Part shown: piece by piece, positions 18,314 through 27,791 of the stretch | How the letters are laid out: each line of letters opens with the position of its first letter | Position numbering within the stretch: the first letter of the stretch is position 1 | NCBI GenBank assembly: GCA_036506735.1 | Contig: DASXRG010000152.1 | Coordinates: 3,226-67,225 of the forward strand | Source of the DNA: Candidatus Binatia bacterium | Lineage (GTDB): Bacteria; Desulfobacterota; Binatia; UBA9968 | Direction: 5' to 3' | Length of the DNA: 64,000 nucleotides | The notes under the pieces: generated by a model | The model's database searches: none | Told to the model about the DNA's origin: nothing | Seen by the model: the letters and a program-made list of their open reading frames with translations, nothing else | Program-made: the position numbers and the translations under genes

Positions 18314-19231
18314 CTACAATTTCAGCGCCGCTTCGGGAGACGCGCGCCACGGAAATATTTCCGGATGGATGATCGCCGCAAGAATCTCGAGACCGTCGAC
18401 CAACCGCGGACCCGGGCGATTGAAATAAGCCGAGCCGTTGACGGCGTAAACGCGTCCGTCTTTCACCGCGGGCAGCTCGTTCCAGCCGTCGAGCCCGGAG
18501 AGGAGAGAAACTTCCTTCAGGCTGCGCGCCACGTCGAAGCCGCACGGCATCAGCACGACGACTTCCGGCGCGAAGCCGCGCACGGCGCTCCACTCGATCC
18601 GCCGCGAAACTTCGCCTTTTTTCCCGAGCCCGTCCAACCCGCCGGCCAGCTCCACCATCTCGGGCACCCAGTGGCCCGCGTTGTAAATCGGCTCGAACCA
18701 CTCGATGCAGGCGACGCGCGGCCTGAGATCGGCGCGCGCGGCGCGCTCGCGCACGCGACCGATGCGCCGCTGCAACTCATCCACGAGAGCTTCCGCTTCC
18801 GCCGGTTTACCGACGGCCGCGCCGACCGCCGCGATGTCGCGCAGGACATCGTAGAGAGTCGAAGGCGCGAGAGGAATGATCTTCGGCGCGCGCGCGAGCG
18901 AGCGCGCCGCCGCGATCACCTCGTTGTAATCGAGCGCGCAGACGTCGCAGAGGTCCTGGGTGAGGATGAAATCCGGCGCGGCTTCTTGAAAGCGCGGCAG
19001 GTCGATCGTGTAAATGCTTTTCTTCGTTCGCAGGTGATCGCGAACCAGCCGGTCGATCTCGCCGCTCCCATTCCGCTCCGGATCGATGGAACTCCGCACC
19101 ACGACGCGGCGCCGCTTCGCCTCCGGCGGATAGTCGCACTCGTGCGTGACGCCGACGACGCTGTCGCCGAGCCCGAGCGCGAAAGCGATCTCGGTCGCGC
19201 CGGGAAGGAGAGAGCAGATGCGCATGCGCAA
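18314..19231 (-). CDS. periplasmic-binding-protein fold (BtuF / Fe-siderophore-like) protein, no obvious signal peptide
   Basis: 305 aa. The pattern ICSLLPGATEIAFALGLGDSVVGVTHECDYP is typical of the PBP type 2 family. Confidence 0.7.
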   Translation of the reverse strand: MRMRICSLLPGATEIAFALGLGDSVVGVTHECDYPPEAKRRRVVVRSSIDPERNGSGEIDRLVRDHLRTKKSIYTIDLPRFQEAAPDFILTQDLCDVCALDYNEVIAAARSLARAPKIIPLAPSTLYDVLRDIAAVGAAVGKPAEAEALVDELQRRIGRVRERAARADLRPRVACIEWFEPIYNAGHWVPEMVELAGGLDGLGKKGEVSRRIEWSAVRGFAPEVVVLMPCGFDVARSLKEVSLLSGLDGWNELPAVKDGRVYAVNGSAYFNRPGPRLVDGLEILAAIIHPEIFPWRASPEAALKL

Positions 19232-19275
19232 ATCATTAGCCTAAAATATTTAATTATGCTACTCGAAAGTTTCCC

Positions 19276-20484
19276 ATGAAAAATCGTGTCATGCCGTGGA
19301 ACGTTCTCGCCGCGCGCGACTTCGGTCTTTTCTGGTCGAGCCTGCTCATTTCTGCCGTCGGCAGCCAGCTCACCTCGGTCGCGCTGGCCTGGCAAATTTA
19401 TGAGATGACCAACTCGCCGCTGCAGCTCGGCATCACGGGCCTGTTCCGGGCCGTTCCGGTAATTGTGTTCGCTCTGACCGGCGGCTGGCTGGCCGACCGG
19501 ATCGACCGCCGGCGATTGTTGATCGTCACACAAATCGTCGCGATGGTGCTTTCGCTGCTCCTGGCCGTCCTCACCGACACCGGCCGCATCAGGGTGTGGC
19601 ACATTTACGCGGTTACGTTTCTTTCCACCGCGGTGATGACGTTCGATCAGCCGGCGCGCAGCGCGATGATCCCGAGTCTCGTGCCGCGCGAGCACTTGGC
19701 CACGGCGTTCGCGCTGAACATCACCTTGCGCCAGACGGCCATGCTCGCCGGTCCTTTCATCGGCGGATTGATCATCGCGTGGGCGGGCCTTAGCTGGTCG
19801 TATTATATCGACGCGGCGAGTTTTCTCGGCGTGATCGTCTGTCTGTTGTGCATGCGCGTCCGGCAGACCGAGCGGCCGGCGATTCGTGAGCCCGCGCTCA
19901 AGAGTATGCACGAGGGATTCGCCTTCGTGTGGAAGAACTCCGCGATCCTCGCGCTGCTCGTTATGGACACCTGCGTCTCGTTTTTCGGCGCCTATCGGGC
20001 GATGATGCCGGTCTTCGCGCGCGACATTCTCGGCGTCGGGCCCAAGGGACTCGGCGTGCTGCTGGGCGCGCCCGCGCTCGGCGCTTTGATCGGCTCTTCC
20101 GCCGTCATGGGCTGGAGCGGCCTCAGCCGCAAGCCCCGTCTCATCATTCCAATCACACTGCTATACACGTTCGGCCTCGTACTCTTCGGTCTCTCGCACT
20201 GGTTCGCGCTGTCTTTTCTGATTGCTTTGGTTCTCGGCGCGGTCGATTCCGTCGGCGAGACTCTGAGAATGACGATCATTCAGCTCCTCACTCCCGACCA
20301 GTTGAGAGGAAGAGTTCAAGGGCTGGTGCACGTCTTCGTCATCGGCGGCCCGTTCATGGGCCACGGTCAGATCGGTTTGATGGCGTCCGCATTCGGCGCG
20401 CCGGGCGCCGTCATCGCGGGCGGCATCATCGGCTCGATGGTCGTCGGGCTGATGGCGAAGAAGATCACCCAGGCGCAATTGTAG
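19276..20484 (+). CDS. MFS transporter (EntS/MFS_3-like)
   Basis: 402 aa with about 12 TM segments. Contains a GGWLADRIDRRR loop motif. Confidence 0.85.
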   Translation: MKNRVMPWNVLAARDFGLFWSSLLISAVGSQLTSVALAWQIYEMTNSPLQLGITGLFRAVPVIVFALTGGWLADRIDRRRLLIVTQIVAMVLSLLLAVLTDTGRIRVWHIYAVTFLSTAVMTFDQPARSAMIPSLVPREHLATAFALNITLRQTAMLAGPFIGGLIIAWAGLSWSYYIDAASFLGVIVCLLCMRVRQTERPAIREPALKSMHEGFAFVWKNSAILALLVMDTCVSFFGAYRAMMPVFARDILGVGPKGLGVLLGAPALGALIGSSAVMGWSGLSRKPRLIIPITLLYTFGLVLFGLSHWFALSFLIALVLGAVDSVGETLRMTIIQLLTPDQLRGRVQGLVHVFVIGGPFMGHGQIGLMASAFGAPGAVIAGGIIGSMVVGLMAKKITQAQL

Positions 20485-20589
20485 GGGAACTCGCAGTGTC
20501 CGCTCTTTGCGCATAGTCGTTGCCGATGAAAGTTGACTTCGCCGGCGCCGGCGTCGTAGAAAAGGCGAGGCGGCAGCGAGAACGAAGAC

Positions 20590-21579
20590 ATGCAAAAACG
20601 GAGGAAAACGGCCGCAGGCCGAATCCGGTGGTTGTCCGCGGCGGCGGCTATCGCCGCTTTCGTTTGGGTGGGAGCTGCGGCGGCGGAGAAAGTGCGCGTC
20701 GCCATGCCGTCGAAGAGCATGACGTTTCTCAACTTCTACGTCGGCGACAAATTCGGCGCCTACCGCGCCGAAGGGCTCGAAGTGTCGCTCGAAGTCATGA
20801 AGTCCGACGTGGGCGTGGCCGCGGTAATCAGCGGCGAGATGGATTACATCTCGGCGATCGGCACCACGCTCCGGGCCGCGGCGGCCGGCGTGCCGCTCAA
20901 GGCGACGATGTTCACGATGGACCGCGTGATTTTCTTTCTGACGACGAAGCCGGAGACCAAGGCGATTCAGGATTTGAAAGGCGGCAAGAGCGTGGCGGTC
21001 TCGGGCGTGGTCGCGACCGACGCGGTCGGCGCGCGCCTGATGGCGAAAGCCGCCGGTCTCAATCCCGATAAGGATTTGATCCTGGTCGCCATCCCCGACG
21101 CCGGCGACCGCCTGGCCGCTTTGCAGAGCGGCGCGGTGGCGGCGGCGATGCTGTCGCTGCCGTTCAACTTCAAGGCGGAAGAGTTGGGCTACCGGAATCT
21201 GGGCGGCACGGCCGACATCATGCGCAGCCCGTTCGCCGGCGTCGGCGCGTCGGAGGCAAAACTCCGCGCTAATCCGAGCCAGGCGAAGCGGATGATCCGC
21301 GCCACCTTGCGGTCGATGGAACTCACCCGGGACCCGGCCAATCTCGAGCGTGTGACGGCGCTCATTTCAGATGACTTCAAAGTTGAGCGTAAGACCGCCG
21401 AGCTGGCGCACCGGGAAATCGTCAAGGCCTTCACCAAGGACGGGACCACGCCGGATGAAACCGTGCTGGCCGAGATGGAAGCCGTCGCCGCGCAGGCGAA
21501 GCTCAAAGGGCAGGTGCCGATCGGCCGGCTAGTGGATTATACGATTCTGAAAGAAGTGTTGGCGGAAGGAAGGCGTTAG
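20590..21579 (+). CDS. ABC transporter substrate-binding protein (NMT1-like)
   Basis: Signal peptide, then DLKGGKSVAVSG and ALQSGAVAAAML. Distant paralogue of 11460..12473. Confidence 0.8.
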   Translation: MQKRRKTAAGRIRWLSAAAAIAAFVWVGAAAAEKVRVAMPSKSMTFLNFYVGDKFGAYRAEGLEVSLEVMKSDVGVAAVISGEMDYISAIGTTLRAAAAGVPLKATMFTMDRVIFFLTTKPETKAIQDLKGGKSVAVSGVVATDAVGARLMAKAAGLNPDKDLILVAIPDAGDRLAALQSGAVAAAMLSLPFNFKAEELGYRNLGGTADIMRSPFAGVGASEAKLRANPSQAKRMIRATLRSMELTRDPANLERVTALISDDFKVERKTAELAHREIVKAFTKDGTTPDETVLAEMEAVAAQAKLKGQVPIGRLVDYTILKEVLAEGRR

Positions 21580-21706
21580 TGGGAGTTCTCGGAGAGGGGG
21601 ACAAGAAATGCGCCGGGCTCTTCGTGGTGAGACGAATTTTAACCGAAAGTCTCGAAGGAAGACACACGATCACGCAAAGACGCAAAGTGCGCAAAGGGAG
21701 AGCGAC

Positions 21707-22711
21707 ATGAGCAAGATCGAAGATTTCAATCGCAAGCTGGAAAAGATGAACCTGGTCGGGTACTGGGGCATTGCGCGCAGCGAGTCGTTCGAGCCCAAGC
21801 CGTCGATCGAGCCGTGCATCTGGCGCTGGGACGACGTCTACGGCGCGCTCAACGAGGCCGGCGAGATTCTCGGCATGGACGATTCGCTGAGACGCTTCAT
21901 CGCGTTTCGCTCGCCGGGAAAAGTCCGCACCACGCACACGCTCGCGCTCGGCGTGCAGCTCGTCAAGCCGGGCGAGATCGCGCGCGCCCACCGGCACACG
22001 ATGGGCGCGATTCGTTTCGTGCTTCGGGGCGGTACCGCGCAAACGACCGTGGAAGGCGAAGCTTTCCCGATGGAGCCGGGCGATTTCATCACGACGCCGA
22101 GCCGGACGTGGCACGATCACTATAACGGCTCGAACGAGCCGATCATCTGGCTCGACGGCATCGAAGCGCCGCTGATGGGTCTTTTGGAGATCGGCTTCGC
22201 CGAGATTTTCGGCGCGGATCAGCAGCCGATTTCGCGTCCCGCGAATTTTTCCCAGTATGAGTTCGGCCTCGCGCGGCCGAGCTGGGTTCAGCCGGGCGCA
22301 AAGCAGCCGCCGGCTTACCGCTACCGCTGGGAAGATACCGAAAAAACGCTCCGGGCGCTGGGAGAAAGTCCCGGCGATCCGTTCGACGGTCTATTGCTGC
22401 GCTACGTCAATCCCCTGACCGGCGGCCCGACGTTGCCGACATTTTCCTGCGAGATCCAGATGCTCCGCGCCGGCGAGACGACAAAATCCCACCGCCATAC
22501 GAGCACGACGATCTACCACGCGTTCAGAGGCAAGGGCTTCACGGTTGTCGGCGACAAGCGCTTCGACTGGTCGAAAGGCGATTCGTTTACCGTGCCGCTC
22601 TGGACGCCGCACCACCACGGCAGCAACTCTCCGAATGAAGCGATTCTCTTTTCGATGAACGACCGGCCGCTGATGGAAGCGCTGGGTTTCTACCGGGAAG
22701 AAGCGACCTAA
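21707..22711 (+). CDS. bicupin dioxygenase (gentisate 1,2-dioxygenase-like)
   Basis: Start moved to the ATG at 21707 (MSKIEDFN). Two cupin motifs are present: HRHTMGAIRFVLRG and KSHRHTSTTIYHAFRGKG. Confidence 0.8.
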   Translation: MSKIEDFNRKLEKMNLVGYWGIARSESFEPKPSIEPCIWRWDDVYGALNEAGEILGMDDSLRRFIAFRSPGKVRTTHTLALGVQLVKPGEIARAHRHTMGAIRFVLRGGTAQTTVEGEAFPMEPGDFITTPSRTWHDHYNGSNEPIIWLDGIEAPLMGLLEIGFAEIFGADQQPISRPANFSQYEFGLARPSWVQPGAKQPPAYRYRWEDTEKTLRALGESPGDPFDGLLLRYVNPLTGGPTLPTFSCEIQMLRAGETTKSHRHTSTTIYHAFRGKGFTVVGDKRFDWSKGDSFTVPLWTPHHHGSNSPNEAILFSMNDRPLMEALGFYREEAT

Positions 22712-22767
22712 GAAAGGTAAAAAGGCTCCGCCAGAAACATCGGCGGATCAGCCTCTGGCTGAAAAAG
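22709..22767 (+). repeat. family 1 intergenic module (second full copy)
   Basis: Sequence taagaaaggtaaaaaggctccgccagaaacatcggcggatcagcctctggctgaaaaag. Same architecture as 812-878 and same position, directly after a stop codon. Confidence 0.7.
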
Positions 22768-23528
22768 TGACGGAGAGGACGAGCAGCGCGGAGGCGAGCG
22801 CCTTCGTCGAGGCGCATTATCGAAAAGTCGCGCGCAGGTGGCACGAGCGCGTCACCGACGCGCCGTTCATGCAAAAGTTGAGAGCCGGCACGCTCTCGCG
22901 CGACGCACTGCGGCTCTTTTTCCAAAATTGGGGCGGCTTCACGATCGAGATCAATACGCTGGAGTGCGCGTCGTATCACAAGCACATCGCGTTTTTTCGG
23001 AAACACCGCGACTTGATGGCTTTGATGGCGCAAAAGCTCGCCGACGAGCTGATCCATCCCCGGCCGCCGGGCCACGTGCACGTCGTGCTGGAAACCGCCA
23101 AGGCGTTAGGCGTTAGTGAAGACGAAATTTTTCTCGCGCCGATGCTCGCCGAGTTCCGCGCTCATTTAGACTACAAGCGGGCGCTCGTCTTCGAAGGGAC
23201 CGTGGCGGAATTTTACGCCGCGGGCGCCACCGAGCAGCAGTTCGGCTACTGGTCGCGGGATTTTTTCCAAGCTTTGACGGCGCATTACGACCTCACGCCC
23301 GCTCAAGCCATATATTTTTCCACCCATGAAGAAGCGGATTTGAGAGAGCACGGGGACGGCGTCATGGGCCACGGGAGCTTCCGGCGCATGGTCTTGCAGC
23401 GAATCTTGGAAGACGGGCCAGCGGTGGTGAGGCCCGGCTACAGCCTGGAATATTGCGGGCTGACCTCGGTGGATTTATACGGCGCGATTTTTCAGTCGGT
23501 CCTCGAAGCGGAGGACCGTGGGAAGTGA
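22767..23528 (+). CDS. heme-oxygenase-fold (TenA/PqqC-like) protein
   Basis: 253 aa, predicted all-helical, GTG start. The pattern PFMQKLRAGTLSRDALRLFFQNW resembles the TenA/PqqC/iron-containing redox enzyme family. Assignment is tentative. Confidence 0.5.
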   Translation: MTERTSSAEASAFVEAHYRKVARRWHERVTDAPFMQKLRAGTLSRDALRLFFQNWGGFTIEINTLECASYHKHIAFFRKHRDLMALMAQKLADELIHPRPPGHVHVVLETAKALGVSEDEIFLAPMLAEFRAHLDYKRALVFEGTVAEFYAAGATEQQFGYWSRDFFQALTAHYDLTPAQAIYFSTHEEADLREHGDGVMGHGSFRRMVLQRILEDGPAVVRPGYSLEYCGLTSVDLYGAIFQSVLEAEDRGK

Positions 23529-23587
23529 TCGACTAAAACTTCGTGTTCTTCGTGGTAAAAAAGTTGATCACCACGAAGATCACGAAG

Positions 23588-23625
23588 GATCGGCCAAAAA
23601 GAGAGGCTGATCAGCCTCAGGCTGA
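23588..23625 (+). repeat. family 1 palindromic element
   Basis: Sequence ggatcggccaaaaagagaggctgatcagcctcaggctga. Preceded by a CTTCGTGGT..ACCACGAAG hairpin at 23549-23577. Confidence 0.65.
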
Positions 23626-23644
23626 CACGAAGGAAGAAAAACCA

Positions 23645-23965
23645 TCACATCTTTTGCCAGAGCTTGCCCAGGAAACTCGTCTCTTCTTTTCCAGCCACTT
23701 GTTCCAACTCGCCCGAGTCGAGCCAGATGCCGCCGCAGCCGGTGCATTGATCGATCTGGATTTTTTGGAAGCTGCGTTCCTTCAAAGGCTCGCCGCATTT
23801 CGGGCAGCGCATGCGGCAAAGCTCCTTGAGCTGCGCTTTCTGCTCCGCGGCGTTTTTCGTCTTGAGCTTCTCGAGCAGCTCTTTTTCCTTCTTGACGAAG
23901 TACTCATCTTCCATCGCCTTCTTTCTCTCATCCCATTTATTGGCCAATGTAATGTCTCCTTCCAA
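23645..23965 (-). CDS. zinc-ribbon protein (zf-TFIIB-like, CPxCG...CxxCGGxWLD)
   Basis: 106 aa. Contains CPKCGEPL...CTGCGGIWLDSGEL. The N-terminal half is lysine/glutamate-rich. Confidence 0.7.
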   Translation of the reverse strand: MEGDITLANKWDERKKAMEDEYFVKKEKELLEKLKTKNAAEQKAQLKELCRMRCPKCGEPLKERSFQKIQIDQCTGCGGIWLDSGELEQVAGKEETSFLGKLWQKM

Positions 23966-23992
23966 TTGTCAGCGGTACTTGTGCTTATCGAT

Positions 23993-25414
23993 TCAATTCT
24001 CCGTCGTCAAGACTTTCAGCTCGCGCTGGCCCAGCCGCGCGAAGCCGCTTTCGGTGACGACGACGTGCTCGCCGATTTGAACCACGCGGTTTTCTTTCTG
24101 GACATCCTGAACGGCGCCGCGCTTCAAGCGAATCGCGGGCTTAAAGTCGAAGGTCATCCCCGGCGCGAGAACGATGTCGGAATCTCCGCGCGAGTTCTCG
24201 GGGCCGAGGCGCGGGCGCGACAGATTGCCGATGCCGCTCGAATGAAGCACGACGCCGGAGCGGTCCTCCGCGCCCAGTTTTTCCACCAGTTTCGCATAGG
24301 TGTCCGCGAGCTGGCCGCAGGTCGTCTTGCCCGGCGCGATCGAAGCGAGACACTCGTGAAGAATTTTCAGCGCCGTCTCCATCGCGGCGCGGTAATAATC
24401 GTAGCCCGGAGTCTTCGGCCCGCCGACGAAGATCGAATGATTCACCTGCGCGCGGTAGCCCTGCGTCGTGGCGTCGATCTCCTGGCTGATGATCTGTCCT
24501 TCTTTCAGAAGGTCGTCGGTGGGAGCGCCGAGGGTCGAATTGGCTTCGCTGTCGAGCGCGATCGATAGGCGCGTCGGATCCTCACCCGTCTCGGTGAGCA
24601 TCGCGGTGAAGGTTTGCAGCCAAATATCGCCTTGATGCCGCGACGGCGGCCGCGCCGCGCGCCGGATCACCTCGATCGCTTTTTCTCCCGCGGCGACGCT
24701 CGCGCGGATCGCCTCGCGCTCCTCGGCGCTTCGCATCATCGCGGCCTCGTCGATCGGCCCGGGATCGGCGCCCCACTTCTCTATGGATAAGAACTGAACT
24801 CCCGGCAGCGCCGCCTTTAAGTTTTCGAGAAAGGTGACCGGAACCAGTCCCTCGGGATCGAAGCGGCTGCCGGTGAGCTTGGCCACGCCGACGCGCGTCC
24901 CGGGACGATTCAAGCCGAGGCTCTTGATCTTTTCCACGACCGATTTGGCGCCCTCGCCCTCGGCGATCGAGAGCTTGCCGTCCGAATGCCAGGCGTCGAT
25001 TCTTTTTTCCCAGAAGCGGCGGTTGCGCGTGTTGCCGACGAGCGCCTGCACCGGCTTGGAATCGTCGCGCGGAAAGATCACGTCCGCGCTGCCGCCCCGG
25101 CCGCCGATCTGCGTGAGGTATTGAGCATAGGCCTTCTCGCCGCTCGCCGGCGTTATGATCGCGTCGAAGTTCCACTGCGGCCTGGCCATGCCGCGGCGGA
25201 TCGCCGCCCAGCGCCGGTCGCGCTCGGCGCGCGAAAAGACGGGATACGAAACTTTGATCCGGCCCGGCGGGTCAGCTTGCGCTCGCGCCTCATCGCCGGC
25301 GGAAAATAATCCCGGCAGCAATGGAAGCGCGATGCCCGTCGATGCGATGCCGCGGAGGAAAGCCCGCCGTGAAGTCGTGAAAGAAGATCGGCTCGGCACA
25401 AACCCGTCTGTCAT
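23993..25414 (-). CDS. M24-family (creatinase/prolidase-fold) protein with twin-arginine signal
   Basis: TSRRAFLRGIASTG is a Tat motif. The C-terminal half has the pita-bread fold pattern, but some metal-ligand positions look substituted (DFKPAI where EPG is usual). Confidence 0.7.
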   Translation of the reverse strand: MTDGFVPSRSSFTTSRRAFLRGIASTGIALPLLPGLFSAGDEARAQADPPGRIKVSYPVFSRAERDRRWAAIRRGMARPQWNFDAIITPASGEKAYAQYLTQIGGRGGSADVIFPRDDSKPVQALVGNTRNRRFWEKRIDAWHSDGKLSIAEGEGAKSVVEKIKSLGLNRPGTRVGVAKLTGSRFDPEGLVPVTFLENLKAALPGVQFLSIEKWGADPGPIDEAAMMRSAEEREAIRASVAAGEKAIEVIRRAARPPSRHQGDIWLQTFTAMLTETGEDPTRLSIALDSEANSTLGAPTDDLLKEGQIISQEIDATTQGYRAQVNHSIFVGGPKTPGYDYYRAAMETALKILHECLASIAPGKTTCGQLADTYAKLVEKLGAEDRSGVVLHSSGIGNLSRPRLGPENSRGDSDIVLAPGMTFDFKPAIRLKRGAVQDVQKENRVVQIGEHVVVTESGFARLGQRELKVLTTEN

Positions 25415-25469
25415 GGATAGCCCCTCCTATTTTAAGCGGCGCGTGAGCCGTCCGGGAAGACGCGCCGGT

Positions 25470-25880
25470 TCATTTTTCTCCGGCTGCCGAGGGTCTCTCG
25501 GTTCTGGTTAATTTTAGCGGCAGAGCCTCGCCGTTTTCCGGGATGTATTTGCCGACCAGCGAATTATTTCCTTCGCGCGTCAACTCGACCCTGCTGTGTC
25601 CGGCCGTCGCGATCGTCACCTCCGCGCCTTCCACGAGAATCAGCGCCAGGTATGGCTTCTGACCGGTGACGTACCACAAGCCCTTGGCGATCCCATCCGC
25701 GGCAACTTCGGTTACGCGCAGAGTCCGGGATGCGGAGCCTCTGCCGATGTATCCGCTGATATCTCCGTCCCAACGTCCGATCAGCCAGTGCTCCTGCGTC
25801 TCCTGCGCGCGCGCGGGCTGCGAACATAAAAGCGCGATCATCATAACAAAGGCCGCGGCGGTTTCGACGGCAAGCTTCAT
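25470..25880 (-). CDS. hypothetical secreted protein
   Basis: 136 aa. Signal peptide ending QPARAQE. Tightly packed in the minus-strand cluster. Confidence 0.5.
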   Translation of the reverse strand: MKLAVETAAAFVMMIALLCSQPARAQETQEHWLIGRWDGDISGYIGRGSASRTLRVTEVAADGIAKGLWYVTGQKPYLALILVEGAEVTIATAGHSRVELTREGNNSLVGKYIPENGEALPLKLTRTERPSAAGEK

Positions 25881-25892
25881 GTTGGCTCCGGC

Positions 25893-27770
25893 TCAATTCT
25901 GGCGCCCAGCTGGCGAAGTTTGCAGCGCAGATAAATTCGCGCGCGCGGCCGCGAAGTCGGGCTTAAGACGAAGCGCAGCCTCATATTCTCTTTTCGCCTC
26001 GGACATTCTTCCCATCCTGAACAGAGCGACCCCTAGATTGTTATGCGCTTCGACGGAGTCAGGCCCCAATTTCAGCGCGCGCCGGTAATATTCTACGGCC
26101 TCGGACGCGAGTCCGGTTTGCAGCAACGTATTACCCAATTGGTTATAAATGTCGACAAGATTCTCGCGCGCCGCCGTGAAGTCGGGGTTGAGGCGCAGCG
26201 CCGCCTCGAATTCTTTCTGCGCTTCGGCGGTCATTCCCATATGGGAGAGGACCGCGCCCAGATTGTTGTGCGCTTCGAAGTAATTCGGCTTCAGCCGCAA
26301 GGCTTCTTGGTAATGGCCCAGAGCTTCCGGCGCGCGGGCTGTTTGAAACAAGGCGTTGCCCAGATTGTTGTGCGCTTGCGGCAGGTCCGGTCTAATCCGG
26401 AGCGTCTGCTCATAGTACGGAATCGCTTCGCGCTGCCGGCCTGAGTCGGCGAGGACCATGCCGATGTTATTGCTGCACATCCAACAGCCGGGATTTTTCA
26501 CCAGGGTCGCTTGATAGAGCGCGATCGGGTCCCGATACATCCGGCTCTGGCGCCAGGTCAAGAACGCCAGGAGCGCCAATACGATCGCGCATGCCGCCTG
26601 GCCCGCCCGCGGCGGCGCGCGCTCCAGAGTGGCCGCGGTCGCGGCGGCGACCACGACGATGATACCCACGCTCGCCAAATACTGGAAGTGGTCGGCCACG
26701 AACGAGAAAATGAACGGGTAAACGTTGAAGAAGCCGAGAACGGGAAAAAGCGAGCCGATGAAAAACAAAAATCCGGCGAGCGGCGCGCGTACGCGCTCTC
26801 GCACGACCCACAGCGTCCCCGTCAACGCGACCGCGGCCAGCGGAAACAGGTACTGCCACCATGCGGCAGGGTCTACCTCCCAGCGCGGATAGATGAACAA
26901 GAGATCGGCCGGCCAGATGAGCTTTCCCAGGTAAAACCAGATCACTCTGCCCGCGAGCAAGAATCGTTGCGCGAGGGTAAACTCGAACGGCGCGCCTTGC
27001 GCGCCGATGAGCGCGCGCTCCACCCACGCGGTAAAAAGTCCGGCGACCGCGCCCAGCGCGAACCACGGCAGCAGCGGCGTGACGTCGCGCCGCCACGAGA
27101 GCCGGCCGCGCTGCCACCAGAAAACGACCAGCAAGGCGCCCGGCAAAGTCGCGGTCACGGTCTTGGTCAACAAGCCGAGAACGAACAAAGCCAGCGCTAT
27201 GCCGTAGAGCGCGGCGCGGCGCTCTACGTCGAAGCGCAGGTACACGAGCGCCGCGCTGAAGTAAAAAAGCGCCGAAAGCGTATTCTTCTGTTCCGTGATC
27301 CAGGCCACCGACTCGACATAGACCGGATGGAGCGCGAAGAGCGCCGCCGCCAGGGCGGCGCCGGGAATTTTCAGCCGGCGGAGAATCAGCAGCAGCAGGC
27401 AGGCGTCGGCCGCGTGGAGCAAGATATTGATCAGATGATATCCCGCGCTCGCGTCGCCCCAGAGCTTGTGCTCGAACCAGAAAGCGCTGTGCAAGAGCGG
27501 ATAGTATTGCTGCGTCGCTCCGAGGTCGAACCAGATGCGCCACAAGCCGTAGAGAGAACGGAGATTCGCGCGGGTCACGTGCGCGGCGTCGTCCCAGAGA
27601 AACTTTCCGGAGAGCGCGGGGAAATAGACGATCAGGACCGCGCCGACGAGTAACGCCGCCGTCCACAGAAGTTCGGGTTGGAAGGCCGTTTGGGCAGGCG
27701 GCGCCGGACGCGGGCGCCCTCGGTCCGGACCTTTTGTTTTCACCTTTGCGGTTTTCTGAGTCGCAGCCAT
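25893..27770 (-). CDS. TMTC-like membrane protein: N-terminal multi-TM GT-C-like domain plus C-terminal TPR repeats
   Basis: 625 aa. FLWDDAAHV...YYPLLHSAFWFEHKLWG..AGYHLINILLH resembles the TMTC/DUF1736 region. About 7 TPR units follow (AHNNLG repeats). Confidence 0.8.
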   Translation of the reverse strand: MAATQKTAKVKTKGPDRGRPRPAPPAQTAFQPELLWTAALLVGAVLIVYFPALSGKFLWDDAAHVTRANLRSLYGLWRIWFDLGATQQYYPLLHSAFWFEHKLWGDASAGYHLINILLHAADACLLLLILRRLKIPGAALAAALFALHPVYVESVAWITEQKNTLSALFYFSAALVYLRFDVERRAALYGIALALFVLGLLTKTVTATLPGALLVVFWWQRGRLSWRRDVTPLLPWFALGAVAGLFTAWVERALIGAQGAPFEFTLAQRFLLAGRVIWFYLGKLIWPADLLFIYPRWEVDPAAWWQYLFPLAAVALTGTLWVVRERVRAPLAGFLFFIGSLFPVLGFFNVYPFIFSFVADHFQYLASVGIIVVVAAATAATLERAPPRAGQAACAIVLALLAFLTWRQSRMYRDPIALYQATLVKNPGCWMCSNNIGMVLADSGRQREAIPYYEQTLRIRPDLPQAHNNLGNALFQTARAPEALGHYQEALRLKPNYFEAHNNLGAVLSHMGMTAEAQKEFEAALRLNPDFTAARENLVDIYNQLGNTLLQTGLASEAVEYYRRALKLGPDSVEAHNNLGVALFRMGRMSEAKREYEAALRLKPDFAAARANLSALQTSPAGRQN

Positions 27771-27791
27771 GGCACGGGCTTATTGCGCGCC

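Noticed and set aside
18916-19911. 331-aa minus-strand ORF, together with the 304-aa plus-strand ORF at 18365..19279
   Set aside because: They are antisense to the MFS transporter gene and the BtuF-like gene respectively. Composition is Arg/Asp/His-rich and no motifs are present.
23543-24568. 341-aa plus-strand track ORF
   Set aside because: It is antisense to two well-supported minus-strand genes, the zinc-ribbon protein and the M24-fold protein. It starts inside a family 1 repeat and has a low-complexity Leu/Arg/Ala-rich composition typical of GC-driven antisense frames.
26467-27666. 399-aa minus-strand and 380-aa plus-strand ORFs inside the TMTC-like gene
   Set aside because: They are alternate or antisense frames of a gene with clear TM and TPR periodicity. 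The products are extremely Arg-rich.
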